Shown here in pieces: positions 17,786 through 28,404 of a stretch of DNA of 41,894 nucleotides (position 1 is its first letter; each line of letters begins with the position of its first letter). The stretch comes from Candidatus Omnitrophota bacterium (GTDB lineage: Bacteria > Omnitrophota > Gorgyraeia > Pluralincolimonadales > Pluralincolimonadaceae), in the NCBI GenBank assembly GCA_041653555.1, contig JBAZFE010000001.1:1-41894 (forward strand), read 5' to 3'. Both the position numbers and the translations under genes were made by a program. The notes under the pieces are model-generated. The model saw nothing but the letters and a program-made list of their open reading frames with translations, did not search any database and was not told the origin of the DNA.

Positions 17786-20557
17786 TCATTCTCCTTTTAG
17801 GACGCCCGCGCAGCGTTTGCATAATGACGGGTGGTCCCCGTCCCTGCCGACCTCTTCGGAATATGTCCAACAGCGGCCGCATTTTGCGCCGCCGGCCTTT
17901 TCGACAAGAATGCCAAGGCCTTCAACTTCGACCAGCCCTTCTTCGGACGGCAATCCGCCCGGCGCATCTTCAAGCTTGAACCCGGAAAGCAGGAATACGC
18001 CCGCCAGTTCCTTCGCAAAATCGCGTAGATACCCGTACTTGCCGGCATCCTTTATATACAGCGTCACCGATGCTTCCATGGAGTCGCCGAAGACCCCCTT
18101 TGCCCTCTTCTCCTCAATGGCCTTCATTATATGGGGCCTCAACGCAAAAAGCCTCTCCCATTTATCTTCGAGGGGCTTGTCGATATAACCCTCGCGCGCT
18201 TCGGGCCATAACGATGAGTGGACGCTGGCTGACGCGTCATCGCGCTTTAATTTCTGCCATATCTCGTCGGCCGTGAACGGCGCGACCGGCGCAAGCGCTT
18301 TTGAAAGCATCAAGACTATTTCATAGATCGCGGTCTGTGAAGACCGTCTCTCTTTCGAGTTTGGGGCATAAGTATACAATCTATCCTTTGAAACGTCAAG
18401 ATAAAAACTGGACAGTTCTACCGTGCAGAAATTGTACAGCGCGCGGAAAACCTTGTGGAACTCGAAAGCGTCATAATATCCGGCCATCTCCCGCGACAGC
18501 GAATAGGCCTTCGATATGGCCCACTTATCTATCTCGAGCAGGCCGCCGTGCGCGAGCCGGTCCTTATTCGGGTCGAAATCGAATAGGTTGCCGAGTATGA
18601 ACCTGGCCGTGTTCCTTATCTTGCGGTAAGCTTCCGATGTGCGTTCTATTATCTCCTTGGAGATCCTGATGTCCTCGTAATAATCGCAGGAGGCGACCCA
18701 CATCCTCAGGACATCCGCGCCGTGCGTCTTTATTATATCCTGCGGGGATATCACGTTCCCGAGCGACTTAGACTGCTTCCTGCCTTCGCCGTCTACGACA
18801 AATCCGTGGGTCAGCACGCTCTTGAACGGAGGCCTGCCCTCTATCGGCACCGAGGTTAGCACCGACGCCTGGAACCATCCGCGGTGCTGGTCGCTGCCTT
18901 CAAGGTACAGGTCGGCGGGAAAATCCAGTTCTTTCCTGGCCCTCAGGACGGACTGGTGGCTTACGCCGGAATCGAACCAGACATCGAGGATATCCTCTTC
19001 CTTCCTGAATTTCCCGGCAGGGGCCTTGCATTCGGGGCATGTAAATCCCGAGGGAAGCAATTCTTCGACAGGCTTAGCGAACCACACGTTCGAACCTTCT
19101 TTCTCCATCAGGTCCGCGATGCCTTCTATTATCTTCACGTCAAGAACGGGCTTCTTGCAGGATTCGCAGTAGAACGCGGGTATCGGGACGCCCCAGTATC
19201 TCTGCCTCGAGAGGCACCAGTCGGGGCGGCTCTCTATCATCGCCGATATCCTGTTCTCTCCCACCTGCGGGACCCACTTTACGCCCTTTATATCATCCAG
19301 CGTCTTCTTCCTGAGCCCGTTATGGTCGACTTTTATGAACCACTGGACCGTCGCCCTGAAGATGACCGGCTCCTTGCACCTCCAGCAATGCGGGTATGAA
19401 TGCGAGACCGTCCCGCCGGCCAGCAGCGCGCCGTCCTTCTGTAACCTTTCGGTTATCGCGGCATTCGCCTTAAATACATACATTCCGGCGAACTCTCCCG
19501 CGGTCCCGTCGAATATTCCCCTTTCGTTCACGGGCATGATAGTCGGAAGCCCGTATCTCTGGCCGGTAAGGTAATCTTCCATGCCGTGGCCCGGGGCGGT
19601 ATGTACGCAGCCCGAACCGTCCTCGTTAGAGACATAATCGGCCAATACTACTTTACCTTCCCTCTCTATAAAAGGATGCTTATATGTAAGGCCCTCGAGC
19701 TCCCTGCCCTTTACCGTAGCCAGTATCTTGTAATCCTTGAACCCGGCCTTGGCCGCAACGGAATCGAGCAGGTCCTTCGCGATCACATAATGTTCGCCGC
19801 CCGCATCCACCGTAACATAATCCAGCGACGGATGAACCGCGACCGCGACATTAGCGACCAGCGTCCATGGAGTTGTCGTCCAGATGATAAGGAACTTCTT
19901 GCCCGGTCCGTTTACGCGGAACTTCACGAAGACGGACGGCGACGAATGGTCGGCGTACTCGACCTCGGCTTCGGCAAGCGCGGTCTCGCAGCGCAGGCAC
20001 CAGTTGACGGGCTTCACGCCCTTATAGATATAACCTTTTTCGGCCATCTTCGCGAACGAACGGACTATTCCCGCGACATATTTGTTGTTCAGGGTCAGGT
20101 AGGGGTCGGCCCAGTCGCCGAAGACACCGAGGCGCTTGAACTCTTCCTTCTGTGTAGCGACGAACCTAAGCGCGTACTCCGCGGCCTTCTTCCTGAACTC
20201 GAGCTGGCCTATCTGGCCCTTCGACATCTTCAGTTCCTTGAAGAGCGCGTGCTCGACAGGCAGGCCGTGGCAGTCCCATCCCGGGACATACGGCGCGTCG
20301 AATCCGCGCATCGTCTTGTATTTGACCACTATGTCCTTCAGGGTCTTGTTCAGCGCGTGCCCGATATGTATATTGCCGTTCGCGTACGGGGGGCCGTCAT
20401 GCAGAATATACTTCGGCTTCCCGGCGCGGGCCTTGCGGATCGCCCCATAAATATCCCCGGATTCCCAGCCCTTCAGCATCTCCGGCTCCCTCTTCGGGAG
20501 GTCGGCCTTCATCGGAAAATCGGTCTTCGGCAGGTTTAAGGTCTCTTTGTAGTTCAT
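17786..20557 (-). CDS. ileS: Isoleucine--tRNA ligase
   Basis: 923-aa ORF with the [14 protein letters not shown] (HIGH) and KQSKSLGN (KMSKS) motifs, an editing-domain insertion and a C-terminal CGRC...CKRC zinc finger. Confidence 0.96.
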   Translation of the reverse strand: MNYKETLNLPKTDFPMKADLPKREPEMLKGWESGDIYGAIRKARAGKPKYILHDGPPYANGNIHIGHALNKTLKDIVVKYKTMRGFDAPYVPGWDCHGLPVEHALFKELKMSKGQIGQLEFRKKAAEYALRFVATQKEEFKRLGVFGDWADPYLTLNNKYVAGIVRSFAKMAEKGYIYKGVKPVNWCLRCETALAEAEVEYADHSSPSVFVKFRVNGPGKKFLIIWTTTPWTLVANVAVAVHPSLDYVTVDAGGEHYVIAKDLLDSVAAKAGFKDYKILATVKGRELEGLTYKHPFIEREGKVVLADYVSNEDGSGCVHTAPGHGMEDYLTGQRYGLPTIMPVNERGIFDGTAGEFAGMYVFKANAAITERLQKDGALLAGGTVSHSYPHCWRCKEPVIFRATVQWFIKVDHNGLRKKTLDDIKGVKWVPQVGENRISAMIESRPDWCLSRQRYWGVPIPAFYCESCKKPVLDVKIIEGIADLMEKEGSNVWFAKPVEELLPSGFTCPECKAPAGKFRKEEDILDVWFDSGVSHQSVLRARKELDFPADLYLEGSDQHRGWFQASVLTSVPIEGRPPFKSVLTHGFVVDGEGRKQSKSLGNVISPQDIIKTHGADVLRMWVASCDYYEDIRISKEIIERTSEAYRKIRNTARFILGNLFDFDPNKDRLAHGGLLEIDKWAISKAYSLSREMAGYYDAFEFHKVFRALYNFCTVELSSFYLDVSKDRLYTYAPNSKERRSSQTAIYEIVLMLSKALAPVAPFTADEIWQKLKRDDASASVHSSLWPEAREGYIDKPLEDKWERLFALRPHIMKAIEEKRAKGVFGDSMEASVTLYIKDAGKYGYLRDFAKELAGVFLLSGFKLEDAPGGLPSEEGLVEVEGLGILVEKAGGAKCGRCWTYSEEVGRDGDHPSLCKRCAGVLKGE

Positions 20558-21381
20558 ATTCTCTCTATCAGTTTATAGATCAGTTTCGTCAGTTTAGGTT
20601 CGGCTTCATTCGCGGTCTTTATTATCTCATCTATGTTGCACGGCTTAAGCGTCTCCGGCAGGCATATATCAGTTATCACGCTTATCCCGAATATCCTGAG
20701 GCCCGCGTGTTTCGCGACGATCACCTCGGGGACCGTCGACATCCCGACCGCGTCGGCGCCGATCACCTGGAAGAACTTGTACTCGGCCCTCGTCTCAAGG
20801 TTCGGGCCTGTCACGCCTATGTACACGCCCTTCTGCATGCTTATCCCCTCTTCCTTCGCGATCTTTCCGGCAAGCTCCACGAGCTGCGGGTCATAGAGGT
20901 CGCAGAAATCCGGGAACCGCGGCCCGAGCGAGTCGTCGTTCGGCCCTATCAGCGGGTTCGATCCCGTAAAATTAATATGGTCGGTTATCGCCATGAGGTC
21001 GCCGTAATCGTATTTCGGGTTCATGCCGCCGGCGGCATTCGATACGACGAGCGTCTTCGCTCCGAGCGCCTTGACTATCCTTACGGGATAGGTCACCTCG
21101 TCAAGCGTATATCCCTCGTAATTGTGGAACCTGCCCTCCATGGCAACGACGTTCTTATCGCCTATCTTCCCGAAGACGAGATCCCCTTTATGGCTCTTCA
21201 CGGTCGACATCGGGAAATGCGGTATCTTCCAGTATTCGAGGCTTTTCTTGTCCTTTATCTGCTCCGCGAGGTTGCCGAGCCCCGTCCCGAGTATGATCGC
21301 GACATCCGGCTGGGGCATGCGGCCCATCTCTTCCTTTATGAATTTTACTGTCTCACTTATCTTTGTTTTTAGTTCGTGCAT
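20554..21381 (-). CDS. punA: Purine nucleoside phosphorylase (PNP/MTAP family, PunA-like)
   Basis: 275-aa ORF with [42 protein letters not shown] and [15 protein letters not shown] blocks typical of trimeric PNPs. It overlaps the ileS start by 4 nt. Confidence 0.85.
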   Translation of the reverse strand: MHELKTKISETVKFIKEEMGRMPQPDVAIILGTGLGNLAEQIKDKKSLEYWKIPHFPMSTVKSHKGDLVFGKIGDKNVVAMEGRFHNYEGYTLDEVTYPVRIVKALGAKTLVVSNAAGGMNPKYDYGDLMAITDHINFTGSNPLIGPNDDSLGPRFPDFCDLYDPQLVELAGKIAKEEGISMQKGVYIGVTGPNLETRAEYKFFQVIGADAVGMSTVPEVIVAKHAGLRIFGISVITDICLPETLKPCNIDEIIKTANEAEPKLTKLIYKLIERI

Positions 21382-21395
21382 TTATCCCTCCGTTT

Positions 21396-21695
21396 TCAGC
21401 GCATCCTCATCGCGAGTTCCATCAGGGTAGGCATGAGGAAATACTTCTGTACCGAATATATCAGTATGACCGCTATCGCCGGCGATATGTCCATCGGGCC
21501 CAAAGGCGGCATGAACTTCCTGAAAGGCGCGAGCACCGGGTCCGTCATCCTGTTCAGGAACTGGACCAGCGGATGGAACGGGTCCGGGTTGACCCAGCTT
21601 ATGAACGCGCGCAATATTATCATGAAACACCATATCTGCACGAATATCTCGATCAGTTTCGCGGTAAGTATGATGAGGTTGCTAACGGCGAACAT
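21396..21695 (-). CDS. yggT: YggT-family membrane protein
   Basis: 99-aa ORF with ILRAFISWVNPDPFHPLVQFLNRMTDPVLAPFRKFMP, the YggT signature, in the conserved yggS-proC-yggT arrangement. Confidence 0.85.
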   Translation of the reverse strand: MFAVSNLIILTAKLIEIFVQIWCFMIILRAFISWVNPDPFHPLVQFLNRMTDPVLAPFRKFMPPLGPMDISPAIAVILIYSVQKYFLMPTLMELAMRMR

Positions 21696-22520
21696 TTAGC
21701 CTCCTGATAATTGCCTTGAACGTTTGACTGCGGCGGCCACCGCGTTCCGGACCGTGCGCTTGAACCCCTCCCTCTCAAATACCTTTATCGCCTGTTCGGT
21801 AGTGCCGCCCTTAGACGTGACACGGCCCCTTAGCACTGAGGGTTCATGCCCGGTCTCGATAAGAAGCTTCGCCGCGCCGAAAGCGGTCCTCGAAACGAGC
21901 TTGCGCGCCGTATCCTTTTTCATCCCGAGGCCCGTCGCCGCCTCTATAAGAGATTCCGTAAGATAAAAGAAATACGCCGGCCCGCTGCCGGATATGGCGG
22001 TCACGAGGTCAAAATATCTCTCCGGCAACACCTCCGTCTCTCCGACGCTGGAAAATATGGCTATAGCGGCCTTCAGGTCCGCCTGCGTGGCATGCCTTCC
22101 CGCGCATATCACTGACATGCCCTCGCCTACAAGGGCGGGCGTGTTCGGCATGACCCTGACGACCCGCGCCTTTCCTCCGACGGCCTTCTCGATATCGCGC
22201 GTCCTTATGCCGGCCACGATCGATACGAGAAGTTTCCCTTTCGAGGAGCCCGAAAGTCCCGGCGCAACCTGCGCGAACTGCTGCGGTTTTACCGCTATTA
22301 TCACGATATCCGAAAAATGCGCGAGTTCGCTGACGGAACCCAGGAGTTTTATGCGGACGTCCTTAGCAGCGGCACGGGCTTTCGCCATGTCGCAATCGTA
22401 ACCCGCAAGCGCGCTCGCACTTGCACCTGAGACATATGAGCCCGCCAGCCCGCGCATGACCGCATGGCCCATATTCCCGAGGCCGATCATGCCTATCTTC
22501 TTATGCTTCAAATATTGCAT
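21696..22520 (-). CDS. proC: Pyrroline-5-carboxylate reductase
   Basis: 274-aa ORF with the IGMIGLGNMG Rossmann motif, RVMPNTPALVGEG and SKGGTTEQAI blocks. Confidence 0.92.
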   Translation of the reverse strand: MQYLKHKKIGMIGLGNMGHAVMRGLAGSYVSGASASALAGYDCDMAKARAAAKDVRIKLLGSVSELAHFSDIVIIAVKPQQFAQVAPGLSGSSKGKLLVSIVAGIRTRDIEKAVGGKARVVRVMPNTPALVGEGMSVICAGRHATQADLKAAIAIFSSVGETEVLPERYFDLVTAISGSGPAYFFYLTESLIEAATGLGMKKDTARKLVSRTAFGAAKLLIETGHEPSVLRGRVTSKGGTTEQAIKVFEREGFKRTVRNAVAAAVKRSRQLSGG

Positions 22521-23178
22521 GGCCTATCCTTAAGATATTCGCGCCCTCTTCTATGGCTACCTCAAAATCCTGCGTCATTCCCATCGAGAGGTATTCCATC
22601 CTGACGTTGCGTATCGATTTTGCCGATATGAGCGTGGACAATTTTTTCAGCCTGTGGAAATAAGGCCTGGACTCCTCCGGATGCTCGGTGAAAGGCGCCA
22701 TCGTCATCAGGCCTACCACGTTTACGTACTTCAACGATGATATCTTCTCCAGTAATTGCAGCGTATGTTCCGGCATTACCCCGAACTTGGTCGCCTCCTC
22801 GGAGGTCTTTACCTCTATCAGGATCTTCTTCGGCACTTTTAAGGCTTCCGACCTGCGGGAGATCTCATCCGCAAGCTTGAACGAATCTACGGAATGAATC
22901 GTATCGAATATCCTTACGGCCTCCTTCACCTTGTTCGTCTGAAGGTGCCCGATCAGGTGCCATTTCGCGCGGTTATTGATGGCGCCGTACTTCATCTCCG
23001 CGGCCTGGACATAGCTTTCGCCGATGTCGGTCACGCCGGCCGCCAGCGCTTCCTCTATCTGCGCGGCGCCCACAGCCTTCGTGACGCATATGAGCGTTAT
23101 ATCCCTGTCGTTCCTGCCGATCTTCTCGGCCGCCTTTCGGATACGCTCCCTGACACTTTTAAGATTATCTGCTATCAT
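22501..23178 (-). CDS. yggS: YggS-family pyridoxal-phosphate homeostasis protein
   Basis: 225-aa ORF with LICVTKAV (PLP lysine), WHLIGHLQTNK and LSMGMTQDFEVAIEEGANILRIG blocks. Confidence 0.9.
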   Translation of the reverse strand: MIADNLKSVRERIRKAAEKIGRNDRDITLICVTKAVGAAQIEEALAAGVTDIGESYVQAAEMKYGAINNRAKWHLIGHLQTNKVKEAVRIFDTIHSVDSFKLADEISRRSEALKVPKKILIEVKTSEEATKFGVMPEHTLQLLEKISSLKYVNVVGLMTMAPFTEHPEESRPYFHRLKKLSTLISAKSIRNVRMEYLSMGMTQDFEVAIEEGANILRIGHAIFEA

Positions 23179-23195
23179 AACGGTCCCAATATAGT

Positions 23196-24425
23196 TTAAA
23201 AATATTCGCTGAAGATCTCCTGTATCCTGTCGGCCACTTTTCCGAAAGGAGTGTTCGCGAAAAATTTCTTATAGACCTTCTTCCTTGCCCCTTCCTTCGC
23301 CCAATATTTCACGAGGCCGAGGGAGACGATCTTTCCGGGCTCAACCATGTTAAGCCCCTCTCCCGAAACGCCCTTTACGAGGCCCATCTTGACCGGCATG
23401 CTCAACGAAAGCTCGAACATCTCAAGGAAACCGCCGAGGTCCGCAAGGACCCCCGCTACGACGCAGCCGGTCGCCGCTTCCTTCGAGGAGCGCATCCCCT
23501 TGAGCGCTTCGCCGGCCCTGCTTATCAATTCTTCCGCCGCGGGCTTTACCGCCTCGCGCAGGGATTTCCTCGATATCGTCTTTCCGGAACCCCCTATCCT
23601 AAGGGTTATTTCGTCATCCTCTGCGGACGGGGATTCGTCGAGGTTCACTTCGCGCCTTATGACCTGCTCTGCATAGTCGCGCGGGATCTTGAAGGCATCC
23701 GCGGCCGCGCGGACAAGCTCTCCGCCGCCGAAGGGCACGACCTCAATTGCCTTTATCTCCCCGCCGCTGTATACGACGATATGCGTCGCGGAATAGGATA
23801 TATATATCAATATCGCGCCGAGGTCCTTATCCAGGTCCTCGAGGAGGACGTTCCCGGAAGCCACTCCCGAAAGCACGATATCCTGTATCTCGAATCCGGC
23901 GGCATTTATGGCGCGCCTAAGGTTGTGAAGGTTCGTGATAAGGGCGGTCACAAGCTCCATGTCGACCTCAAGCCTCGTCCCGAACATCCCGGCAGGGTCC
24001 TTTATGCCGTCCTGGCCGTCCAGGATAAAACCGCGCGTAACCGAATGGACTATCTCCCTGTCGAAAGGAAGCGCGATGGTCTTGGCTGCCTCCGTGACCC
24101 GCTCGACCTCGCGGCGGCCTATCTCGTTCTCTTTCTCGGCCACGGTGATGCTGCCTTTGGTGTTATACGTGCGCAGGCTCGTGCCGTCGCAGCTGGTCAC
24201 GAGCGAGAGGACCTTCGTCTTCGCCGCCGCCTCGGCCTTCTCGACAGCCTCGGCGACCGATTGCGTCACCTCGCTCAGGTCGGTTATCGAGCCGTTATCC
24301 ACCCCCCTCGAGGGGACTGTGCCGACGCCCAGGATGACCGCGCCTGATTTTTCGTCGGTCGAACAGATGGAGCATGTAACGAAATCTTCGCTTATATCAA
24401 GGCCCGCAAGGGTCTTCTTCTTCAT
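23196..24425 (-). CDS. ftsA: Cell division protein FtsA
   Basis: 409-aa actin-fold ORF (LAGLDIS, ILIYISYSATHIVVYSGG, GCVVAGVLADLGGFLEMFE) with a C-terminal amphipathic tail (FGKVADRIQEIFSEYF). It follows ftsQ with a 4-nt overlap. Confidence 0.9.
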   Translation of the reverse strand: MKKKTLAGLDISEDFVTCSICSTDEKSGAVILGVGTVPSRGVDNGSITDLSEVTQSVAEAVEKAEAAAKTKVLSLVTSCDGTSLRTYNTKGSITVAEKENEIGRREVERVTEAAKTIALPFDREIVHSVTRGFILDGQDGIKDPAGMFGTRLEVDMELVTALITNLHNLRRAINAAGFEIQDIVLSGVASGNVLLEDLDKDLGAILIYISYSATHIVVYSGGEIKAIEVVPFGGGELVRAAADAFKIPRDYAEQVIRREVNLDESPSAEDDEITLRIGGSGKTISRKSLREAVKPAAEELISRAGEALKGMRSSKEAATGCVVAGVLADLGGFLEMFELSLSMPVKMGLVKGVSGEGLNMVEPGKIVSLGLVKYWAKEGARKKVYKKFFANTPFGKVADRIQEIFSEYF

Positions 24426-25237
24426 TTCTTCTCCGGTTTGAAGGTAACGACAGGGTCCGTAAACCTCAGGTCTATGGAGCCTATCCTCGATTTATCGAGT
24501 TTCGGGTCGTTGAATACGCTCGCGAGCACATCGAGTTTTCCTCCCGTATCCCCGCTCCCGAGGACTATATCCATTCCGTCGATGACAAAGAACGCCTTCT
24601 CCGGATAAGAGACATCCACCGTCGCCACGAAAGAGCCCCTGAATTCGGCCCTCGAATATACCTGCCTCAGGATACTCAACGCGGTGCTTAAACGTTTGGA
24701 TTTGACCTTCGTGCCGGACTTGGGATTCGCGAGCTGGGACTCGAGGCCGGTGATCAGCGGAAGGGATTCCATGCTTCCCGTGTCCGAAACTACAACCCCG
24801 TCAAAATCTATGGGAAGGACTTTCGCGACCTTTATCCTGGCGACAGCCGCCCTGTCCTTGATAGTGGCGGCGATCCTGTCGGGCAAAAATTTCGTTATCA
24901 CGACTATCTGGTATTCGGGATGCCTGTCCTTGATCTTGCCGGAAAGGACCGAAGGATCGGCGGTAAATATGTTGACCGGATATTCGAGCCGGAAGTAATC
25001 TTTCTGCAGGCGGTAGGCGCCCTCCCTTCCCGGCTTGACTATCTCTATCTTATCGACCGAAAAAGAAGGCGAATTAAGGAAGAAATTGTTGAGCCAGAAT
25101 GCGGCGATCGTCAACGCGATCGCTGCTGCCGCAAACACCGCGATGCCCGCCTTGTTCTTCTTAACGAATTCGTTGAGCTGCTTAGCAGACTCGTTTGAGT
25201 TTTTTCTTTTTCTTGCCATATTATTTTGCCGCCGCAA
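24422..25237 (-). CDS. ftsQ: Cell division protein FtsQ (POTRA domain)
   Basis: 271-aa bitopic ORF with a basic N-tail, a single TM helix (IAVFAAAAIALTIAAFWL), a POTRA-like FSVDKIEIV segment, and a position between ddl and ftsA. Confidence 0.85.
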   Translation of the reverse strand: MRRQNNMARKRKNSNESAKQLNEFVKKNKAGIAVFAAAAIALTIAAFWLNNFFLNSPSFSVDKIEIVKPGREGAYRLQKDYFRLEYPVNIFTADPSVLSGKIKDRHPEYQIVVITKFLPDRIAATIKDRAAVARIKVAKVLPIDFDGVVVSDTGSMESLPLITGLESQLANPKSGTKVKSKRLSTALSILRQVYSRAEFRGSFVATVDVSYPEKAFFVIDGMDIVLGSGDTGGKLDVLASVFNDPKLDKSRIGSIDLRFTDPVVTFKPEKK

Positions 25238-26132
25238 ATGCCGATCTCAGCATCGCCTCGCATAATTCCGGGAATTCTATGCCGGCCGCTTTAGCGGCTT
25301 TCGGCAGCAGGCTCAGCTGCGTCATACCCGGGATCGTGTTCACTTCGAGTATGACCACCCTGCCGTCCTCGCCGAGTATCATGTCGACCCTCGAATAACC
25401 GGCGCACCCTAAAGCCTTATGGGCCTTCGCTCCCGCTTCCTGCGCGAGCTTCGCCTCCTGCTCCGATATGGGCGCCGGGCAGAGGTATTCGGTCATCCCG
25501 ACCGTATACTTCGCCACTTCATCATAATAGCGCCTTTTAGGCACTACCTGGATCACGGGCAGCGGGTTGCCGTCGAGCACGCCTACGGTAAGCTCCTTGC
25601 CGGGCACGAAACTCTCCAGCAGGACCTTATCCCCGAACATGAAAGCGCCCGTGATCGCGCCCTCTAGCTCGTCGAGGCTGTCTATTATCGATACGCCTAC
25701 CGATGAGCCCTGCGCCGACGGCTTCACGACGAGCGGGGTCTTCAGTTTTTTCCTTGGGCGCGTACCGTTCTTTATCACATAGCAGTCGGGGACATTCAGC
25801 CTGGCCTTCTTGAACAGCTTGCGGGAGGCGACCTTATCCATCCCGAGACGGCTCGCTTTCACTTTCGAACCGGTGTACGGTATCTTGAGGTCTTCCAGGA
25901 TAGCCTGTATCTGCCCGTCCTCGCCGAACGTGCCGTGCAGGGCTATGAAAGCAACGTGTATGCCGGCCGACTTCAGCTCCTGCCTTGTCGGCAGCCATAC
26001 CTCCAGCGGTATGGCGTTATATCCCTTGCTTAAAAGCGCTTCCAGGATAGCCTTTCCCGAGCGCAGCGAAACATCTCTTTCCGCGGAAGGCCCGCCCATC
26101 AACACCCCTATCCGCATGGATCTCTTATCCAC
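25221..26132 (-). CDS. ddl: D-alanine--D-alanine ligase
   Basis: 303-aa ORF starting at GTG. It has IGVLMGGPSAERDVSLRSG, HGTFGEDGQIQAILE and VNTIPGMT motifs. Confidence 0.93.
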   Translation of the reverse strand: MDKRSMRIGVLMGGPSAERDVSLRSGKAILEALLSKGYNAIPLEVWLPTRQELKSAGIHVAFIALHGTFGEDGQIQAILEDLKIPYTGSKVKASRLGMDKVASRKLFKKARLNVPDCYVIKNGTRPRKKLKTPLVVKPSAQGSSVGVSIIDSLDELEGAITGAFMFGDKVLLESFVPGKELTVGVLDGNPLPVIQVVPKRRYYDEVAKYTVGMTEYLCPAPISEQEAKLAQEAGAKAHKALGCAGYSRVDMILGEDGRVVILEVNTIPGMTQLSLLPKAAKAAGIEFPELCEAMLRSAFAAAK

Positions 26133-27031
26133 TAAAAATCTCCTATTGTTTTAACTTCTAATTTTAACACAATTTGATGTTCTTTAAAAACCTTTTTTTG
26201 TATTTCGTCGATAAGTTTGAGGACATCGGCAGCCGTTGCCTTTCCTTTATTTATGATGAAATTCGCGTGCTTTTCGGAGACCTTGGCGCCTCCTTCGGAT
26301 ACTCCCCTGAACCCGCACTTTTCTATGAGCTGCCAGGCAGGCATCGTCCCCGAAGGGTTAAGGAAGATGCTTCCGACGCTCGGATAGCCAAGGTCCTGCG
26401 TCTGCCTCTTCTTTTCGAAATTCCTGTTAATTTCGGCCTCGACGCGCTCCTTCGGCCTCCTGTCCAGCCTGATCTTCGCGGAAATAAGCATTGTGCCGCC
26501 GAGATCAGAGCTCCGGTAGGTGAACTTAATATCATTTTTGCCGAGGGTCTCCCTGTCCAGGCCCCTTATCAGCGTTACTTCCTCGACGCGGTCGCCTATG
26601 GCCTTCGTAGGCCACCCCGCGTTCATCATGAGCGCACCGCCCAGGGTACCCGGTATTCCGGCAAGGTACTCCAGCCCTCCGAGGCCTTCGGCCGCGGCAT
26701 TCTTCAAGAACTCGCTTACCTTCATGCCGCAGCCCGCGGACGCATATTCCCCGTCAAACACCAGTTTGTTAAATGGCGGGGCATTTAATGATATCACAAA
26801 ACCGCGTATGCCCTTGTCCCCGACGAGAAGTTTGCTGCCGCCGCCGATGACAAATGCTTCCATCTTATGTTCGGAGGCGTAACGCAGGATATTCAGCAGG
26901 TCTTCATCGTCCGAAGGATATACGAAAAGCTCCGCGGGCCCGCCGATCCTGAACGTGGTATGGCGCGCCATCGGCTCCTCGAGCTTTACTACACCCTTTA
27001 TGAATTTCAGGTCTTCTTTTTTGACCGGCAT
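26132..27031 (-). CDS. murB: UDP-N-acetylenolpyruvoylglucosamine reductase
   Basis: 299-aa ORF with HTTFRIGGPAE, GGGSKLLV and the C-terminal GGAKVSEKHANFIIN blocks. Confidence 0.93.
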   Translation of the reverse strand: MPVKKEDLKFIKGVVKLEEPMARHTTFRIGGPAELFVYPSDDEDLLNILRYASEHKMEAFVIGGGSKLLVGDKGIRGFVISLNAPPFNKLVFDGEYASAGCGMKVSEFLKNAAAEGLGGLEYLAGIPGTLGGALMMNAGWPTKAIGDRVEEVTLIRGLDRETLGKNDIKFTYRSSDLGGTMLISAKIRLDRRPKERVEAEINRNFEKKRQTQDLGYPSVGSIFLNPSGTMPAWQLIEKCGFRGVSEGGAKVSEKHANFIINKGKATAADVLKLIDEIQKKVFKEHQIVLKLEVKTIGDF

Positions 27032-28404
27032 TTTTTTCCTTTCAGGCTGAGAGCGAGCTCGTCAGCTATATTCGTTATGTCGCCGGCACCCATCATCAAT
27101 ACCATGTCGCCGCGTTTTATCTCCTTGGCCAGGTATTCCTCCAGCTCCTTCTTCTTAACATACGACACATCCTTATGGCCGCGCATCTTGACTTCCTCGT
27201 ATATGCTCCTGCCCGAGACGTTATCCAATTCGTCCTCCGAGGCCGCGTAAATATCCGTGAGTATCAGCTTGTCGGCCATGTCAAAACAGCTTCCGAACTT
27301 ATCTTTAAGGTGCTTCGTCCTCGAGAACCTGTGCGGCTGGAACGCCACGATAAGCCGCTTCGGCTTCCAGTTCCTCGCCGCGAGGATCGTGGCCTTTATC
27401 TCGGACGGGTGATGCGCGTAATCGTCTATGACCTTTATGCCGTTGCCGGAATATTTCACCTGGAACCTGCGCGCGGCGCCCGTAAAATCCCTGACCGCCT
27501 CTTTTATCGTTCCGAAATCCAGCCCGAGCTCGAGCGCGACGGCAAAAGCCGCCATCGCGTTGGAGACGTTATGTATCCCGGGGATATTTATCGCGGCGGC
27601 GCCGAGGTTCTTCCCGCGGTAGACCACCTCGAACTCGGAATGCGAGTCGTGCATCTTTATCTTCTCGGGATGGATATGGTGTTCCTTTGAAAGTCCGAAC
27701 GTGAATATATCTTTCTGGCATCCGCGAAGCGCCCTCTTGAGGTTCTCGCAGTCGCCGCACGCGAAGAGCTTGCCGCCCGGCTTTACCTTTTCGATGAACT
27801 TCAGGTACCAGGATATTATCTCGCCCATGTTCCGGTAATAATCCATATGCTCGGCGTCGATATTCGTTATCACGCTGTAGAACGGCTTCAGGTGTACGAA
27901 CGAGCCGTCGCTCTCGTCGGCTTCAACGACGAAATGCTCGCCGGCGCCGACCCTCGCGTTGCCCTCAAGCGACTTTACCTCGCCGCCGAGGATCGCCGTG
28001 GGGTCGAGCCCCGCCCTGTACAGGATATGAGCTATGAGCGATGACGTGGTCGTCTTGCCGTGGGCGCCGGTGACCGCGATGCCTTTCTTGTCGTTCATGA
28101 TCAGCGCGAGCATGTCGGCCCGGTGGAGCGTGGTGATCTTCCTGTTGCGCGCGGCCTTTATCTCGGGGTTCTCGGGCGTGATCGACGAAGAGTAGACGAC
28201 GATATCGGCGCCCTTTATGTTCTCCTCGTGGTGGCCCTCGCGGAACTTCCCTCCGAGCGACTCGAGCTTCTCCACGATGCGCGAGCGCTTCACGTCCGAG
28301 CCGGATACCCTGTGCCCCTGCTTAAGCAGCACGAACGCTATCGCGCTCATCCCGATGCCGCCGATGCCGATGAAATGTATATGCTTCCTGCCCTTTAATT
28401 TCAT
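27007..28404 (-). CDS. murC: UDP-N-acetylmuramate--L-alanine ligase
   Basis: 465-aa ORF with HFIGIGGIGMSAIA and GAHGKTTTSSL (Mur ligase P-loop). Confidence 0.94.
   Translation of the reverse strand: MKLKGRKHIHFIGIGGIGMSAIAFVLLKQGHRVSGSDVKRSRIVEKLESLGGKFREGHHEENIKGADIVVYSSSITPENPEIKAARNRKITTLHRADMLALIMNDKKGIAVTGAHGKTTTSSLIAHILYRAGLDPTAILGGEVKSLEGNARVGAGEHFVVEADESDGSFVHLKPFYSVITNIDAEHMDYYRNMGEIISWYLKFIEKVKPGGKLFACGDCENLKRALRGCQKDIFTFGLSKEHHIHPEKIKMHDSHSEFEVVYRGKNLGAAAINIPGIHNVSNAMAAFAVALELGLDFGTIKEAVRDFTGAARRFQVKYSGNGIKVIDDYAHHPSEIKATILAARNWKPKRLIVAFQPHRFSRTKHLKDKFGSCFDMADKLILTDIYAASEDELDNVSGRSIYEEVKMRGHKDVSYVKKKELEEYLAKEIKRGDMVLMMGAGDITNIADELALSLKGKKCRSKKKT

Noticed and set aside
20540-20600. 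A T-box or other leader upstream of ileS.
   Set aside because: The ileS start codon overlaps the stop of the upstream PNP gene by 4 nt, so there is no untranslated leader in which a T-box could reside.
21382-21633. An 83-aa minus-strand ORF overlapping yggT, and similar nested minus-strand ORFs (7621-7974, 8080-8403, 29398-29934, 29974-30282, 38827-39066, 39008-39379).
   Set aside because: These are alternative frames inside well-supported genes. They are Arg/Gly/Pro-rich with no motifs or ribosome-binding sites.
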